A stretch of 62,357 nt of DNA, the filler included, from Limisphaerales bacterium (GTDB taxonomy: Bacteria; Verrucomicrobiota; Verrucomicrobiia; Limisphaerales; SIBE01), in assembly GCA_044225505.1 (NCBI GenBank). It is 4 parts of 4 records of this genome, joined end to end, with 100 filler letters (N's around TTAATTAATTAA, not from the genome) between each part and the next. Parts side by side here need not be neighbours in the genome. Positions count along the whole stretch, not along the records: positions 1 to 28,139 come from JBGAIN010000103.1; 3 more parts are not named here. One strand, 5' to 3'. The notes beneath the pieces are model-generated. The model saw nothing but the letters and a program-made list of their open reading frames with translations, searched no databases and was not told where the DNA came from. Made by a program: the position numbers and the translations under genes. Shown here piece by piece: positions 9,453-19,061 of this stretch (its first letter is position 1; every line of letters begins with the position of its first letter).

Positions 9453-9776
9453 TGGACCGCAGCTAGGTCCGAAGGCCCGCTTTTCCATCGATCCGCCGAG
9501 CTGCTGTCAACAAATTGTGGACAGCGCCAATCCGATCACGAATCTCTGGTTCGTCCTTCGAGCGGTCTAAAGGTTGGAAAGGTGTAACTCGCCAGGGAAT
9601 GGTGTCTCTTTGAGATACCGCAGTCCCCTTTTTTCTCTGCGCTCACAGCCCAAGCGGCGACGGGGTCAGTATCACAAAGCGCTGCCGCGCAACCACTATA
9701 TTGAATACAACCGGGTTGCGCTGCGCTACAGGATCTGCTACGACGGCCTTGAATCGCGAGGAGAGCTTCTGGAGGG

Positions 9777-11156
9777 TTAAACCGTGTTGCCGCCAGGGGC
9801 CGATTCCCTAGATTCAAATGCCACCGCCCGATCTAATCGCCATAAGACGCGGTCTTTGCCGAGAACCGACATTAGGTGGTAAAGGCTCGGACCAATCGCC
9901 TTTCCGGTGCAAGCGAGCCGAGTCGGGTGCACCAGCACCCCCGCCTTGACGCCTAACTCGGCCGCCACACTCTTCAACGTCGTTTCTAAGCTGGCCGGAT
10001 CAAAACTGGATAACCGGGCGTAGGCATCGCGCAGCTTCGCCAGACGTGGCCGATTCTCCGGGACAAAGTCCTTTTTCACGGAATCGCGGTCGTATTCACG
10101 AATCTCGTCCTCAAAGTAGAAATTGCCGAACTCCTTGAGGGCGGAGAAGACTTTGACCTTTTCCTTGCAGGTATCGAGCGCCGCTTTCACGTAGGAGACG
10201 GGAAAGCGGGTGACATCAAGGCCAGACCGTGTTAGGGCCTGGACGGCAAGTTCATAATAGCGATCCGGATGCATGTCCCGGATGTACTCCCCATTTAGCC
10301 ACTGCAATTTCGTGAAATCGAACCGGGCATTATGGCGGAGGATCTGCGGCAGATCAAAGACGGCGGCGACGTCGGTAATTGCCATCTTTTCTTTACTGCC
10401 TTTCGGCGACCAACCGAGTAGGCAGAGGTAATTGACAACAGCTTCCGGAGCAAAGCCCTCGTCAAGGTAAGTGCTCAGCGAGGCGCCCTTGTCCCGCTTG
10501 CTCATCTTTGTTCCATCGGCATTTAGAATAAGCGGGATGTGCGCGTATCTAGGCGGCTCCGCGCCGAAGGCTCGAAACAGAGCGATATGCTTCGGGGTGT
10601 TGCTGAGGTGATCTTCGCCGCGGATAACATGGGTGATGGCCATCTCCAAATCGTCAACCACGTTGACCAAGTGAAACACCGGCTGTCCATCAGAACGGAC
10701 CAGGACAAAATCCGGGTCGAGCGCTTCACGGTCCGTAGGTTCGCGCACCACATCCCCGACGACCAAGTCTGGAATTGTGATGGGGTCACGGGTCATTCTG
10801 AACTTTACGGCTCCTTCGTGCCGGTAGGCCAAGTCCCGGGATAGTAAATCTTCGACACGCCGCAGGTAGAGGGCGTGTCGTTGACTTTGGAAGTAAGGCC
10901 CGTACCCACCCAGGGCCGGTGCTTTCGCGTCGCCGGTGATGGGGCCTTCATCCCATTCCAACCCCAACCAACGCAGCCCGTTCAAGATGACATCGACAGC
11001 TTCCTGGCTGTTCCGAGCAGCATCTGTATCCTCAATCCGGAGGATGAATTTCCCGCCCACATGACGGGCATATAGCCAGTTGAATAAAGCCGTTCGCGCT
11101 CCCCCAATATGGAGAAAGCCTGTTGGACTCGGCGCAAAGCGCACCCGGGTGGTCAT
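9777..11156 (-). CDS. gltX: Glutamate--tRNA ligase
   Basis: RVRFAPSPTGFLHIGGARTALFN (HIGH-like), KMSKR, anticodon-binding C-terminal domain. Confidence 0.97.
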   Translation of the reverse strand: MTTRVRFAPSPTGFLHIGGARTALFNWLYARHVGGKFILRIEDTDAARNSQEAVDVILNGLRWLGLEWDEGPITGDAKAPALGGYGPYFQSQRHALYLRRVEDLLSRDLAYRHEGAVKFRMTRDPITIPDLVVGDVVREPTDREALDPDFVLVRSDGQPVFHLVNVVDDLEMAITHVIRGEDHLSNTPKHIALFRAFGAEPPRYAHIPLILNADGTKMSKRDKGASLSTYLDEGFAPEAVVNYLCLLGWSPKGSKEKMAITDVAAVFDLPQILRHNARFDFTKLQWLNGEYIRDMHPDRYYELAVQALTRSGLDVTRFPVSYVKAALDTCKEKVKVFSALKEFGNFYFEDEIREYDRDSVKKDFVPENRPRLAKLRDAYARLSSFDPASLETTLKSVAAELGVKAGVLVHPTRLACTGKAIGPSLYHLMSVLGKDRVLWRLDRAVAFESRESAPGGNTV

Positions 11157-11174
11157 GGTCGTGTTTGCGGTGGC

Positions 11175-13184
11175 CTAGCGAACTTCGACCGCATTGGAGA
11201 AAGGACTAGTCAACGGCGGCCCGGCCGGGCCCGCTGGGATGGGTTCGCCCCCGCCCCCAGCGGTCAGTCGGAAAAACTTCATCGCCTCGGTCGGGGTGAG
11301 CGTAACGCTCGTTCCGACAGCCGCTTCCTCGGTCCAAGGCCCGGTGACTGCCGGCGCGGATTGCAAAGCTCCAGAACTCCAGCTGATCGTCACGCTCCCA
11401 TCGGTAGAGCGGGTTATCCCCGTAAAATCCCCTACTTCGCCATCGCCTCCGCCGCTCCCGACCGGAGTCCCGGTGTAATTCGCAGTGACGGTGAGTTGCG
11501 TGCGAGCAGGGACATTGAGTTTCGAAATGTCGAATTCGAAGGCCCCCGCCTGCTTATTCAAGTCTTCCGCTGCGCCCTCGGTGAACGATCCTAAATAAGT
11601 GAGGCCTTGGAGAAAACCTTGAGGCAGCTCCGGAATTCCCGCGGCGGTGCCGTTGGTAATACCGACGGGATCGGCGATATAGACGTCCACCACCACCTTC
11701 GAGTAAACGCTCGGATCGGGCAACGGTACCGTGCCGCGCAATCGCTGCGGCGTGCTGTTGGTCAGAATTGGGTTATATGCCGTCGGATCGAGTAACGCCT
11801 TGGTATAATAGTTCGGCAGGAACTGCCCGCCGTCTCGCGACGGACTGGCCGGAAACGGAAAATTGTTAATCAAGGAATTGCCGCGCAACGACACGGCCGC
11901 GTCGGTGTGGAGCTGGCTCAAGAAGTTTAAGCCTTCGGGCAATTCCTGGAAATCGGTCGCGGGAAAAAGCTCGGGCGGGTAATTATTGACGATCAGGTTG
12001 GCTTCGAGAGGATCACTCACGCCATCAAAATTGGATCCAATGCGATACTCCGCGTCTCCGCCAGAGCCGTTAAGAACAGCCACTCCATTGGTAAACTTGG
12101 TTTTGCCGTCGATACCGACGCCGATGTAATTGCCGGCCAACACGACGTTGGTACCGGGACTTTGGCCATAAAACTCGATCAGATGCGGGTAGCCCTCGAG
12201 CGTTGGGGGTAGCATGCCCCCGAAGACGTTTCGTTCGTTCTCGTCGTTGACGCCGTCGCCGTCCACGCCGATCAAAGTGTTGTTGCCCGCGCGCCCAATT
12301 TCAATGGCACCTTGAAAATTGCCCTTCAACGAGTCGTCCACGGCCACGTTGAAGTCGTGCAACCCATCCGGAAGGACCGTCACAAAATTGCCGGAAATCC
12401 GAGTATTGCTCCCTTCGACAATGATGGGAATCGCGGGCATTCCTACAATGACGTTGAACTGCTGGACGGCATTGGTGGCTTTGGCTTCGACTCCGATGAC
12501 CAGATTGTTCACCAAGACTGTGTTGGTGACGGTTCCAGCCGCGTCGCGCCCGCGGTAGCGAAATCCCGTGATGCCATTTGCAGCCCCCGCCACCGTCTTT
12601 GCATCGGGATCCACGCCCAGCCAACAGCCGCTAATCTGACCTGAAGCTCCGCGGCCAAACGAAATAAAATATAGGTCGACCGCGCCATCTGTTCCGACCT
12701 TAGGCACTCCCAGGAAAGCCAAACCTTGGACCCGAACTCCCGTAACGTCGTAGAAGCCCAGAACGGCGCCCTCCGTTGGTTCATACCCACGATCATCCGC
12801 CGCGGCGATCAGCGGAAAGGTCATGACCCGATGACCACCACCGCGCGAATCCAGGACAATTTGAATCCTGGCATTGTTCGGAGCCAGAATCGAGCTGCTA
12901 TTGGCCGCCGCACCAGGCTGGCTATACCCGTTGAGTGTGATTCGGTTTGTAATGAACGGATAGCCCCCGTCCGGCGTGGTAATGTAATGAGGACCTGTCC
13001 CGGGAATATTAAAGCGGATTTCGTCACCGTCTCGCGCCGTGGTAAGCGCTTGGAGTAGGGACGTTTGGCCCGCGGCCGGACTCACGTTGTTGGTGGTGGT
13101 AACCGTCAGGACGGCCGCGTTGGCCTGCCAACTGAACCAACCGCTCAAACCAAGAATCAAAAGTGGGAGTCGTCGCGTCATCAT
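11175..13184 (-). CDS. Large secreted protein, beta-helix-like with a DGDGVND Ca-binding-like motif
   Basis: Signal peptide; SLLQALT…IRFNIPG; repeated G-N-x-I-G motifs; module LQSAPAVTGPW…KFFRL near the C-terminus. Confidence 0.8.
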   Translation of the reverse strand: MMTRRLPLLILGLSGWFSWQANAAVLTVTTTNNVSPAAGQTSLLQALTTARDGDEIRFNIPGTGPHYITTPDGGYPFITNRITLNGYSQPGAAANSSSILAPNNARIQIVLDSRGGGHRVMTFPLIAAADDRGYEPTEGAVLGFYDVTGVRVQGLAFLGVPKVGTDGAVDLYFISFGRGASGQISGCWLGVDPDAKTVAGAANGITGFRYRGRDAAGTVTNTVLVNNLVIGVEAKATNAVQQFNVIVGMPAIPIIVEGSNTRISGNFVTVLPDGLHDFNVAVDDSLKGNFQGAIEIGRAGNNTLIGVDGDGVNDENERNVFGGMLPPTLEGYPHLIEFYGQSPGTNVVLAGNYIGVGIDGKTKFTNGVAVLNGSGGDAEYRIGSNFDGVSDPLEANLIVNNYPPELFPATDFQELPEGLNFLSQLHTDAAVSLRGNSLINNFPFPASPSRDGGQFLPNYYTKALLDPTAYNPILTNSTPQRLRGTVPLPDPSVYSKVVVDVYIADPVGITNGTAAGIPELPQGFLQGLTYLGSFTEGAAEDLNKQAGAFEFDISKLNVPARTQLTVTANYTGTPVGSGGGDGEVGDFTGITRSTDGSVTISWSSGALQSAPAVTGPWTEEAAVGTSVTLTPTEAMKFFRLTAGGGGEPIPAGPAGPPLTSPFSNAVEVR

Positions 13185-13363
13185 AGTCCAGCAATGTTCT
13201 CCAATCTGCTCCAGAAAGCTTTCGACTACCAGCTAATCCCCGCGCCAGCAACCTTTTTCAAGGCGCGAAGTTCGCCTGGACCACGCAGCATCGCAGCTAA
13301 CGAGAAAGGCTGGCTGGTCCATTTAAGCAAGGTCGGAAAGCTTCAATCGATCGAATCGCACTG

Positions 13364-14332
13364 TCATCGACCCGCGGGATCAAGCGCGGCCAGAATCCGC
13401 CCAAGCGCTGCCAACCTGGGCATTGGCACTCCACGCCCTTCCGCCAGACGGAGAGGCTCGAGAAACATGCTCTCGAGTTCTAAGGGCTGCCCGCGTTCGA
13501 AATCGATCACGGTCGATGGCTTGTAAGGGCCCATGCGGCGGGTGCGCTCAATTCGATCTTCCGCGAAGGCCATCAGAATAGGTTTCCCCAAACTCCCGGA
13601 GGCAAGAGTTACCTCTCTCATTAGTTCACGAACGAGCTGCGTCCAATTTGGATCCGACAACAGATCTTGCGTGGTCAAGCACTGGCCCAACCGCCAGCCG
13701 GGACGAAATTGCCCGGAACGAACCGCGTCCAAACCAGCGGCGGAGGCAACGCCCAGCCCATTAAACGGAATATTCCAAACGAGCTTCTCCCAATGGGCAC
13801 GCTCGAGATCGACCGTGACCTCAGCGCGGATGCCTGCCCGACGGAGCTCGCGCGCAATCAAAAACGTCCGTGCCCGCGTCGATCCGGAAAATTCGCCGAG
13901 AGTGACATTGCCGTGCGCGGTGTGCTCGATGGTGCCTGGGGCAACACGATTGAGGCAGACGAAACAGAGGCCTCCCAAGACCTGTTCGGCACCGCAAAGA
14001 GCGGCAATCTGGGCTTCGTTCCCCAGCCCATTCTGCAAGGTTAGAACCGCCGTATTTGGACCGACCAATGGAGGCAGCAGCATTGGGAACTGCCGGTTCG
14101 CGGTCGTCTTGAGCCCAACCAGGACCAAATCACACAGGCCAATAGTCTCAGGTTTGAGCGCACATTTGGGGTAGACGTGAAAATCTCCGTCGATGCTCCG
14201 AATTCGCACACCGCCGCTCTGGACGACATCGTAGTCGGATCGTAGCAGAAAATGGACATCGGCCCCCGCGGCGAAGAGCCGCGCGCCGTAGAAACTGCCC
14301 AAAGCGCCGCAGCCGACCACGCCGATTTTCAT
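13364..14332 (-). CDS. panE: 2-dehydropantoate 2-reductase (ketopantoate reductase)
   Basis: GCGALG Rossmann motif, LQNGLG, WEKLVWNIPFN, KPST…LELE. Confidence 0.9.
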   Translation of the reverse strand: MKIGVVGCGALGSFYGARLFAAGADVHFLLRSDYDVVQSGGVRIRSIDGDFHVYPKCALKPETIGLCDLVLVGLKTTANRQFPMLLPPLVGPNTAVLTLQNGLGNEAQIAALCGAEQVLGGLCFVCLNRVAPGTIEHTAHGNVTLGEFSGSTRARTFLIARELRRAGIRAEVTVDLERAHWEKLVWNIPFNGLGVASAAGLDAVRSGQFRPGWRLGQCLTTQDLLSDPNWTQLVRELMREVTLASGSLGKPILMAFAEDRIERTRRMGPYKPSTVIDFERGQPLELESMFLEPLRLAEGRGVPMPRLAALGRILAALDPAGR

Positions 14333-14395
14333 AACCTCCCCGAGTCTTTTGATGCCGCTGGAGTGAGCAGAGCTGCCAGAAGCCCTGCGGGAGTG

Positions 14396-14428
14396 AAAAA
14401 AAGGCACCCTGAAATCTCAGAGTGCCTT
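14396..14428 (-). terminator. Rho-independent terminator after the HU gene
   Basis: Minus strand AAGGCACTCTGA-GATT-TCAGGGTGCCTT followed by a T-run. Confidence 0.85.
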
Positions 14429-14447
14429 CAACAAAAGCGACCTAAAG

Positions 14448-14738
14448 TTACTTGCGGGCGCCGAGAATCGCATCTTTCGCCGCCTTGGCGACACGGAATT
14501 TGACCACCTTCTTGGCCGGGATCTGAATCGTTTCGCCTGTGGCAGGATTCCGGCCGGTGCGGGCCTTGCGGTTGACCAGCACCAATTTGCCAATTCCAGG
14601 CAGCGTGAAGCTGTTTTTCGCGTTCTTGTAAGCGAGGTCAGCGAGATGATCGAGGATTTCAGAAGCCACCTTTTTGCTCACTTGAGCCTTCTCCGCAACG
14701 GACGCCGCGATTTGCGATTTACTGAGTGCTTTAGCCAT
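14448..14738 (-). CDS. hup: HU family DNA-binding protein
   Basis: RKARTGRNPATGETIQIPAKKVVKFR signature, 96 aa. Confidence 0.95.
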   Translation of the reverse strand: MAKALSKSQIAASVAEKAQVSKKVASEILDHLADLAYKNAKNSFTLPGIGKLVLVNRKARTGRNPATGETIQIPAKKVVKFRVAKAAKDAILGARK

Positions 14739-14971
14739 ATTTGTATTAAATTTAGGTTCGTAAAGTCATCCGACCTGCGCGTTATTAACGCCTTTCAACT
14801 CGCCCCTGCAAGGAGAAAAGCGACGAAAACTCTCGTAAAATCGATGTTTCTTGTCGTTTTGAGCCTCGCGCTGCTACCGCTGGCCCGCTGAGCTCGGCCA
14901 CCGGCTCTTGCCCGTCACAACCCGCGAATCTTGACATTGCGCGACTGAACACGGATGAGTGGAGGGCATCG

Positions 14972-15958
14972 ATGAAAGGCTCACGTCCAACTTTGAAAGC
15001 GAAAACCAGCGGCGCTCGATCTGACCGCGCAGCGCGAAAACAGACGACCTCAAACCGCCCGAAAGCCTACGCGCGGTCGGCTTCGTCTCTGCGCGTGGGA
15101 TTGATCCAAACCGCATGCACGCCCGATCCGCGGCAGAATTTCGAACGGACCCTAGCCCTCGCCACCGCCGCAGCAAAGGCTGGCGTCCAAATTCTTTGCA
15201 CCCAAGAACTCTATCGTTCTCAGTACTTTTGCCAGGCAGAAGAGCACGCGAACTTCGCTCTGGCGGAAACGATTCCAGGGCCAAGCACAGATCGTTTTCA
15301 AAAGCTCGCCCGGCGCTTTGGCATCGTCATTGTCGCGTCTCTTTTTGAAAGGCGTGCGGCTGGCCTGTACCACAATACTGCGGTTGTTATTGATGCCGAC
15401 GGAGAGTTGCTGGGTCTGTATCGAAAAATGCATATTCCCGACGACCCACTTTTTTACGAGAAGTTTTATTTCACCCCGGGCGACCTTGGGTTCCGAGCCT
15501 GGAAGACGCGCTATGCGAAGATCGGTGTGCTCGTTTGCTGGGATCAATGGTACCCCGAAGCGGCCCGCTTGACCGCAATGCAAGGAGCGGAGATTCTGTT
15601 TTACCCGACGGCCATCGGATGGCATCCGTCCGAAAAAGAAGCGCACGGGGTTGTGCAGCATGATTCGTGGGAGACGATTCAGCGAAGCCATGCCATCGCC
15701 AACGGCTGTTTCGTGGTCGTTCCCAATCGGATAGGACTGGAGCAACCTGCCGGCGGCGATGGCATAGAGTTTTGGGGACAGAGCTTCATCGCCGGAACTT
15801 CCGGTCAGATCCTTGCTCGCGCGAGCTCGGACCGCGAAGAAGTTCTGTCCGCCGATATCGATCTTGGGCAGGTTGATCGCACGCGAACTCATTGGCCATT
15901 TCTGCGGGACCGGCGGATCGATGCCTACGGTGACTTGACCAAGCGCCTGATCGACTGA
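14972..15958 (+). CDS. Carbon-nitrogen hydrolase, N-carbamoylputrescine amidase-like
   Basis: QEL, YRKMHIPDDPLFYEKFYF, CWDQWYPEAAR catalytic-triad motifs. Confidence 0.9.
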   Translation: MKGSRPTLKAKTSGARSDRAARKQTTSNRPKAYARSASSLRVGLIQTACTPDPRQNFERTLALATAAAKAGVQILCTQELYRSQYFCQAEEHANFALAETIPGPSTDRFQKLARRFGIVIVASLFERRAAGLYHNTAVVIDADGELLGLYRKMHIPDDPLFYEKFYFTPGDLGFRAWKTRYAKIGVLVCWDQWYPEAARLTAMQGAEILFYPTAIGWHPSEKEAHGVVQHDSWETIQRSHAIANGCFVVVPNRIGLEQPAGGDGIEFWGQSFIAGTSGQILARASSDREEVLSADIDLGQVDRTRTHWPFLRDRRIDAYGDLTKRLID

Positions 15959-15959
15959 A

Positions 15960-16874
15960 ATGAAGACGACTCAAAGCATACTGGATCAGATCCTGGTGGA
16001 TGTGCGGCAGGAACTGGCCGAGGCGCAGCGGCAGCGCCCTATGGCAGAATTGAAATCGCGCCTTAAGGACGCGCCCGCTCTGCGTTCGATGAGCGACAGT
16101 TTGCGCCAAGGGTTTGGACTAATCGCCGAGGTCAAGGAACGGTCGCCGAGCCACGGACCCATGCGGCGTGCCAACGTGGACGCCGCTCCTGCCGCTTATG
16201 AAGGCAGTCGCTTGGTCCGCGGGATCTCCGTCCTGACGAACACCAGCCACTTTGGAATGTCGATGGACAGACTCCGGTCCATTAAGATCGCCACCACCAA
16301 ACCGATCCTTCGCAAAGACTTCATTTTCGATCCCTATCAGGTCTATGAAGCACGCGCGTTTGGCGCAGACGCTATCTTGCTAATGGCCAATCTGCTCGAG
16401 TCAGAAGAAATGCGCGTGTTGCATGCCACCGCCCTTGAACTTGGAATGGAAGCGCTTTTTGAATGCCACAATCGCGAGCAGATCGAACAAGTCCCGGGCA
16501 ATGCCGTTATTTTCGGAATCAATAGCCGAACGTTCGATGCCCGCAAGAATATGCTCGGCGTTGGTCGCTACGCCATCTCGGCGATGCTTGGACGTCTCGG
16601 AACGGGCAAAGATCTGACGGTAGATGAAAGCCGTTTCGAGCTCGGCCAGTTCTTACCCGCCCATGCTATCAAAGTGGCGGAAAGCGGCGTGCATCCTCAC
16701 ACCATTGCGCCTTTGCGCGATGTCCAAGGGTACCATGCAGCCTTGGTCGGAACCTCCTTGTTGGCGGCGCCGGACGGAATCCAACAGGAACTGCAGCGAT
16801 TCGAGGATGCTCTCAAGCGAACCGCGTCGCCTTCATCATCCGCCCCCACCCACGCACCGGTCAATCAGAGCTAA
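15960..16874 (+). CDS. trpC: Indole-3-glycerol phosphate synthase
   Basis: LIAEVKERSPSHG, ISVLT, PILRKDFI, GADAILL, GINSR, VAESG. Confidence 0.92.
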   Translation: MKTTQSILDQILVDVRQELAEAQRQRPMAELKSRLKDAPALRSMSDSLRQGFGLIAEVKERSPSHGPMRRANVDAAPAAYEGSRLVRGISVLTNTSHFGMSMDRLRSIKIATTKPILRKDFIFDPYQVYEARAFGADAILLMANLLESEEMRVLHATALELGMEALFECHNREQIEQVPGNAVIFGINSRTFDARKNMLGVGRYAISAMLGRLGTGKDLTVDESRFELGQFLPAHAIKVAESGVHPHTIAPLRDVQGYHAALVGTSLLAAPDGIQQELQRFEDALKRTASPSSSAPTHAPVNQS

Positions 16875-16879
16875 TCCGT

Positions 16880-17690
16880 ATGGCGACTCGGGTTTGGGTA
16901 ACAGGTGCAGGCGGGCTGATTGGCAGTCATTTGGTTCGGATCGCCTCGCTGAAATGCACCTCGTGGCAAGTCCAAGGGCTCACGCGCGCCGACCTGGATT
17001 TGGAAGATGCCAGCGCCGTCGAGGAGCGCTTTCGCGCCGACGTTCCTGATCTCATTGTGCACTGCGCCGCACTCAGCCGAAGCCCGGAGTGCCAGGCAAA
17101 TCCGGAACGCGCTTGGCGAATCAACGTCACCGTGACGGAGCATCTTGCGCGGTTGGCCGCTGACCGCCAATTCATTTTCTTTTCTACAGACTTGGTCTTC
17201 GATGGTCAGGCCGGAAGCTACAGCGAAACCGCCGAAGTGAATCCGCTCAGTGTTTACGGGGAAACGAAGGTCGCAGCCGAAAAGATCGTGTTGGCCAACC
17301 CCAGGCATACGGTGGTGCGAACGTCGCTCAATGCCGGTCCTTCCCAAGCTCCGCCTCTTTACGGACGAATATCGCTGCCCCATCTCGGCGGGCGCTACGG
17401 CCCAAATGGTGTTGGAAATAGCGGCCGGCGGCCTCACTGGCCTGTATCACGTCGCTGGAGCGGAACGCCTGTCGCGATGGGAAATCGGCCAGTGCCTGGT
17501 GCACCGGTATCCGGAGCTAGCCGGGAAGATGGAACCGAGTTCCACCAAGGAATACCCAGGGGCACCTCGCCCAGCAGATACCTCCATGGATTGTCGCAAA
17601 ATCCAACAACATCTCTCTTTTCCTTTGCCCAAGTTCTCCGAATGGGTGCGATCGGAAGGAGTTTTCAAAGGCCGAACGGAACCGCAGTAG
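16880..17690 (+). pseudogene. dTDP-4-dehydrorhamnose reductase (RfbD)-like SDR, disrupted by a frameshifting deletion near 17345
   Basis: TGAGGLIG, HCAA, STDLVFDG, YGETK in one frame; LFTDEYRCP…GLYHVAG…RPADTSMD continues in another frame to a stop at 17690. Confidence 0.8.
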
Positions 17691-17785
17691 AGTGTCACGC
17701 TGTGGAGACGTCTGACGACCAGTGCGATCGAGCCGAACGGACCCACCAGGCAAGTCGCGGTCTTGCCGTCGCAAATACGAAATAC

Positions 17786-18664
17786 GTGACGGGTTATCGA
17801 GGTCGGATTGCGCCGTCGCCCACCGGTTTGCTTCATCTCGGTCACGCGCGCACGTTTTGGATCGCACGGCAGCGCGCCCTCCAACGGGAGGGAATGGTCG
17901 TGTTGCGCAATGAGGACCTGGATCGCAGCCGTTGTCGACGAGAGTTCGTTGATGCCATGCTCGAGGATTTGAAATGGATCGGCATCGAGTGGCACGAAGG
18001 GCCCGATCAGGGAGGGCCGTTCGCCCCGTATCAACAGTCCGATCGACAGGAATATTACCGCGCTGCCTTTGAGCGACTCCAGGAAACAGGACGGGTCTAC
18101 CCGTGCGCTTGTTCCCGTCAAGATATTGCGCGAGCTCTGCAGGCTCCCCACGCGCCAGATGATGAGCCTATCTATCCTGGCACCTGTCGACCGGGTCAGA
18201 ACGAGTGCGCGCAGCGAAAGAGCATGCCGAATCGGCACTGGCGATTCCGCGTTCCCGACGGCGAGTGCATCCGCTTTGTGGATGGCCACTTCGGTGCGAA
18301 GGAATACGTGGCAGGCAAGCACTTCGGGGACTTCGTCGTGTGGCGCCAGGATGGAATTCCTGCGTATCAACTCGCTGTCGTGGTGGACGACCATGAAATG
18401 CGGATCACCGAAGTGGTCCGAGGCGAGGATTTGCTATTGTCCACGGCACGACAACTCCTGCTTTACGAAGCGCTCGAGTGGAGTGCTCCGACTTTTTTCC
18501 ATTGCCCGCTCGTCACGGATGCTTCGGGCGTCCGATTAGCGAAACGTCACGATGCGCTGAGCTTGCGTGCTTTACGGGAGGGTGGCGCTTGCCCTGAAAC
18601 GCTGCGTGAAGGCTGGGAAGAGCTTGCACGGAGCGCACCAACGCCTCGCTTGTCGAACGCTTAA
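17786..18664 (+). CDS. gluQ: tRNA glutamyl-Q(34) synthetase GluQRS
   Basis: YRGRIAPSPTGLLHLGHART, CACSR…YPGTC, AYQLAVVVDD, VVRGEDLL, RLAKR; no anticodon-binding domain. Start codon approximate. Confidence 0.9.
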   Translation: MTGYRGRIAPSPTGLLHLGHARTFWIARQRALQREGMVVLRNEDLDRSRCRREFVDAMLEDLKWIGIEWHEGPDQGGPFAPYQQSDRQEYYRAAFERLQETGRVYPCACSRQDIARALQAPHAPDDEPIYPGTCRPGQNECAQRKSMPNRHWRFRVPDGECIRFVDGHFGAKEYVAGKHFGDFVVWRQDGIPAYQLAVVVDDHEMRITEVVRGEDLLLSTARQLLLYEALEWSAPTFFHCPLVTDASGVRLAKRHDALSLRALREGGACPETLREGWEELARSAPTPRLSNA

Positions 18665-18810
18665 ATCGTCGAGAACTGGTCGATCCTGATACGTCGTCGC
18701 CACGAAAAATCACGAGAATTTCCTTGAGAAAAAGGGAAATTACTGGCACAGTATTTTCAGTGAGAGCGGACGGAAGTTCGCCAATGATCTTTGGTATAGA
18801 CTTTGACTTT

Positions 18811-18987
18811 ACCCTGCCATGCGCGTGTTTAGAAACAAAGTCCTTGAACCGTAAAGAAAAAATCCGGGAACCTCAGCTATCGGTAACAAACGACAGGCCT
18901 TCACTGGAAGTCGAAAGTCGCCGGGCGCGGTTCCACCTGTTTCTAGCAAGTTCAGAGGAACTGTTATACACGGCATTACGGCGGGGT
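18811..18987 (+). ncRNA. ssrS: 6S RNA
   Basis: About 177 nt. The 5' ACCCTGCCATGCGCGTG pairs with the 3' CACGGCATTACGGCGGGGT; CTTGAAC/GTTCAG inner stem; A-rich central bubble; T-run after it; upstream TGGTATAGA extended -10; lies ahead of the 5-formyl-THF cyclo-ligase and rny genes, a classic 6S context. Confidence 0.8.
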
Positions 18988-19061
18988 TTTTTTATCTTCC
19001 CCTGCTGTCCCTGACAGAGATCACTGCACCGAATTCTCCCGCCTAACTCAATAACTGAGCT

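Noticed and set aside
9574..9780. Short plus-strand ORF convergent on gltX, near a TGTAAC box at 9583
   Set aside because: No recognisable motif or RBS, and the box lacks the GCGG element at the conserved spacing.
18744..18760. TGGCAC-N5-TTTC sigma54-like site upstream of 6S (similar TGGCAC at ~59551)
   Set aside because: The essential -12 GC is missing in both.
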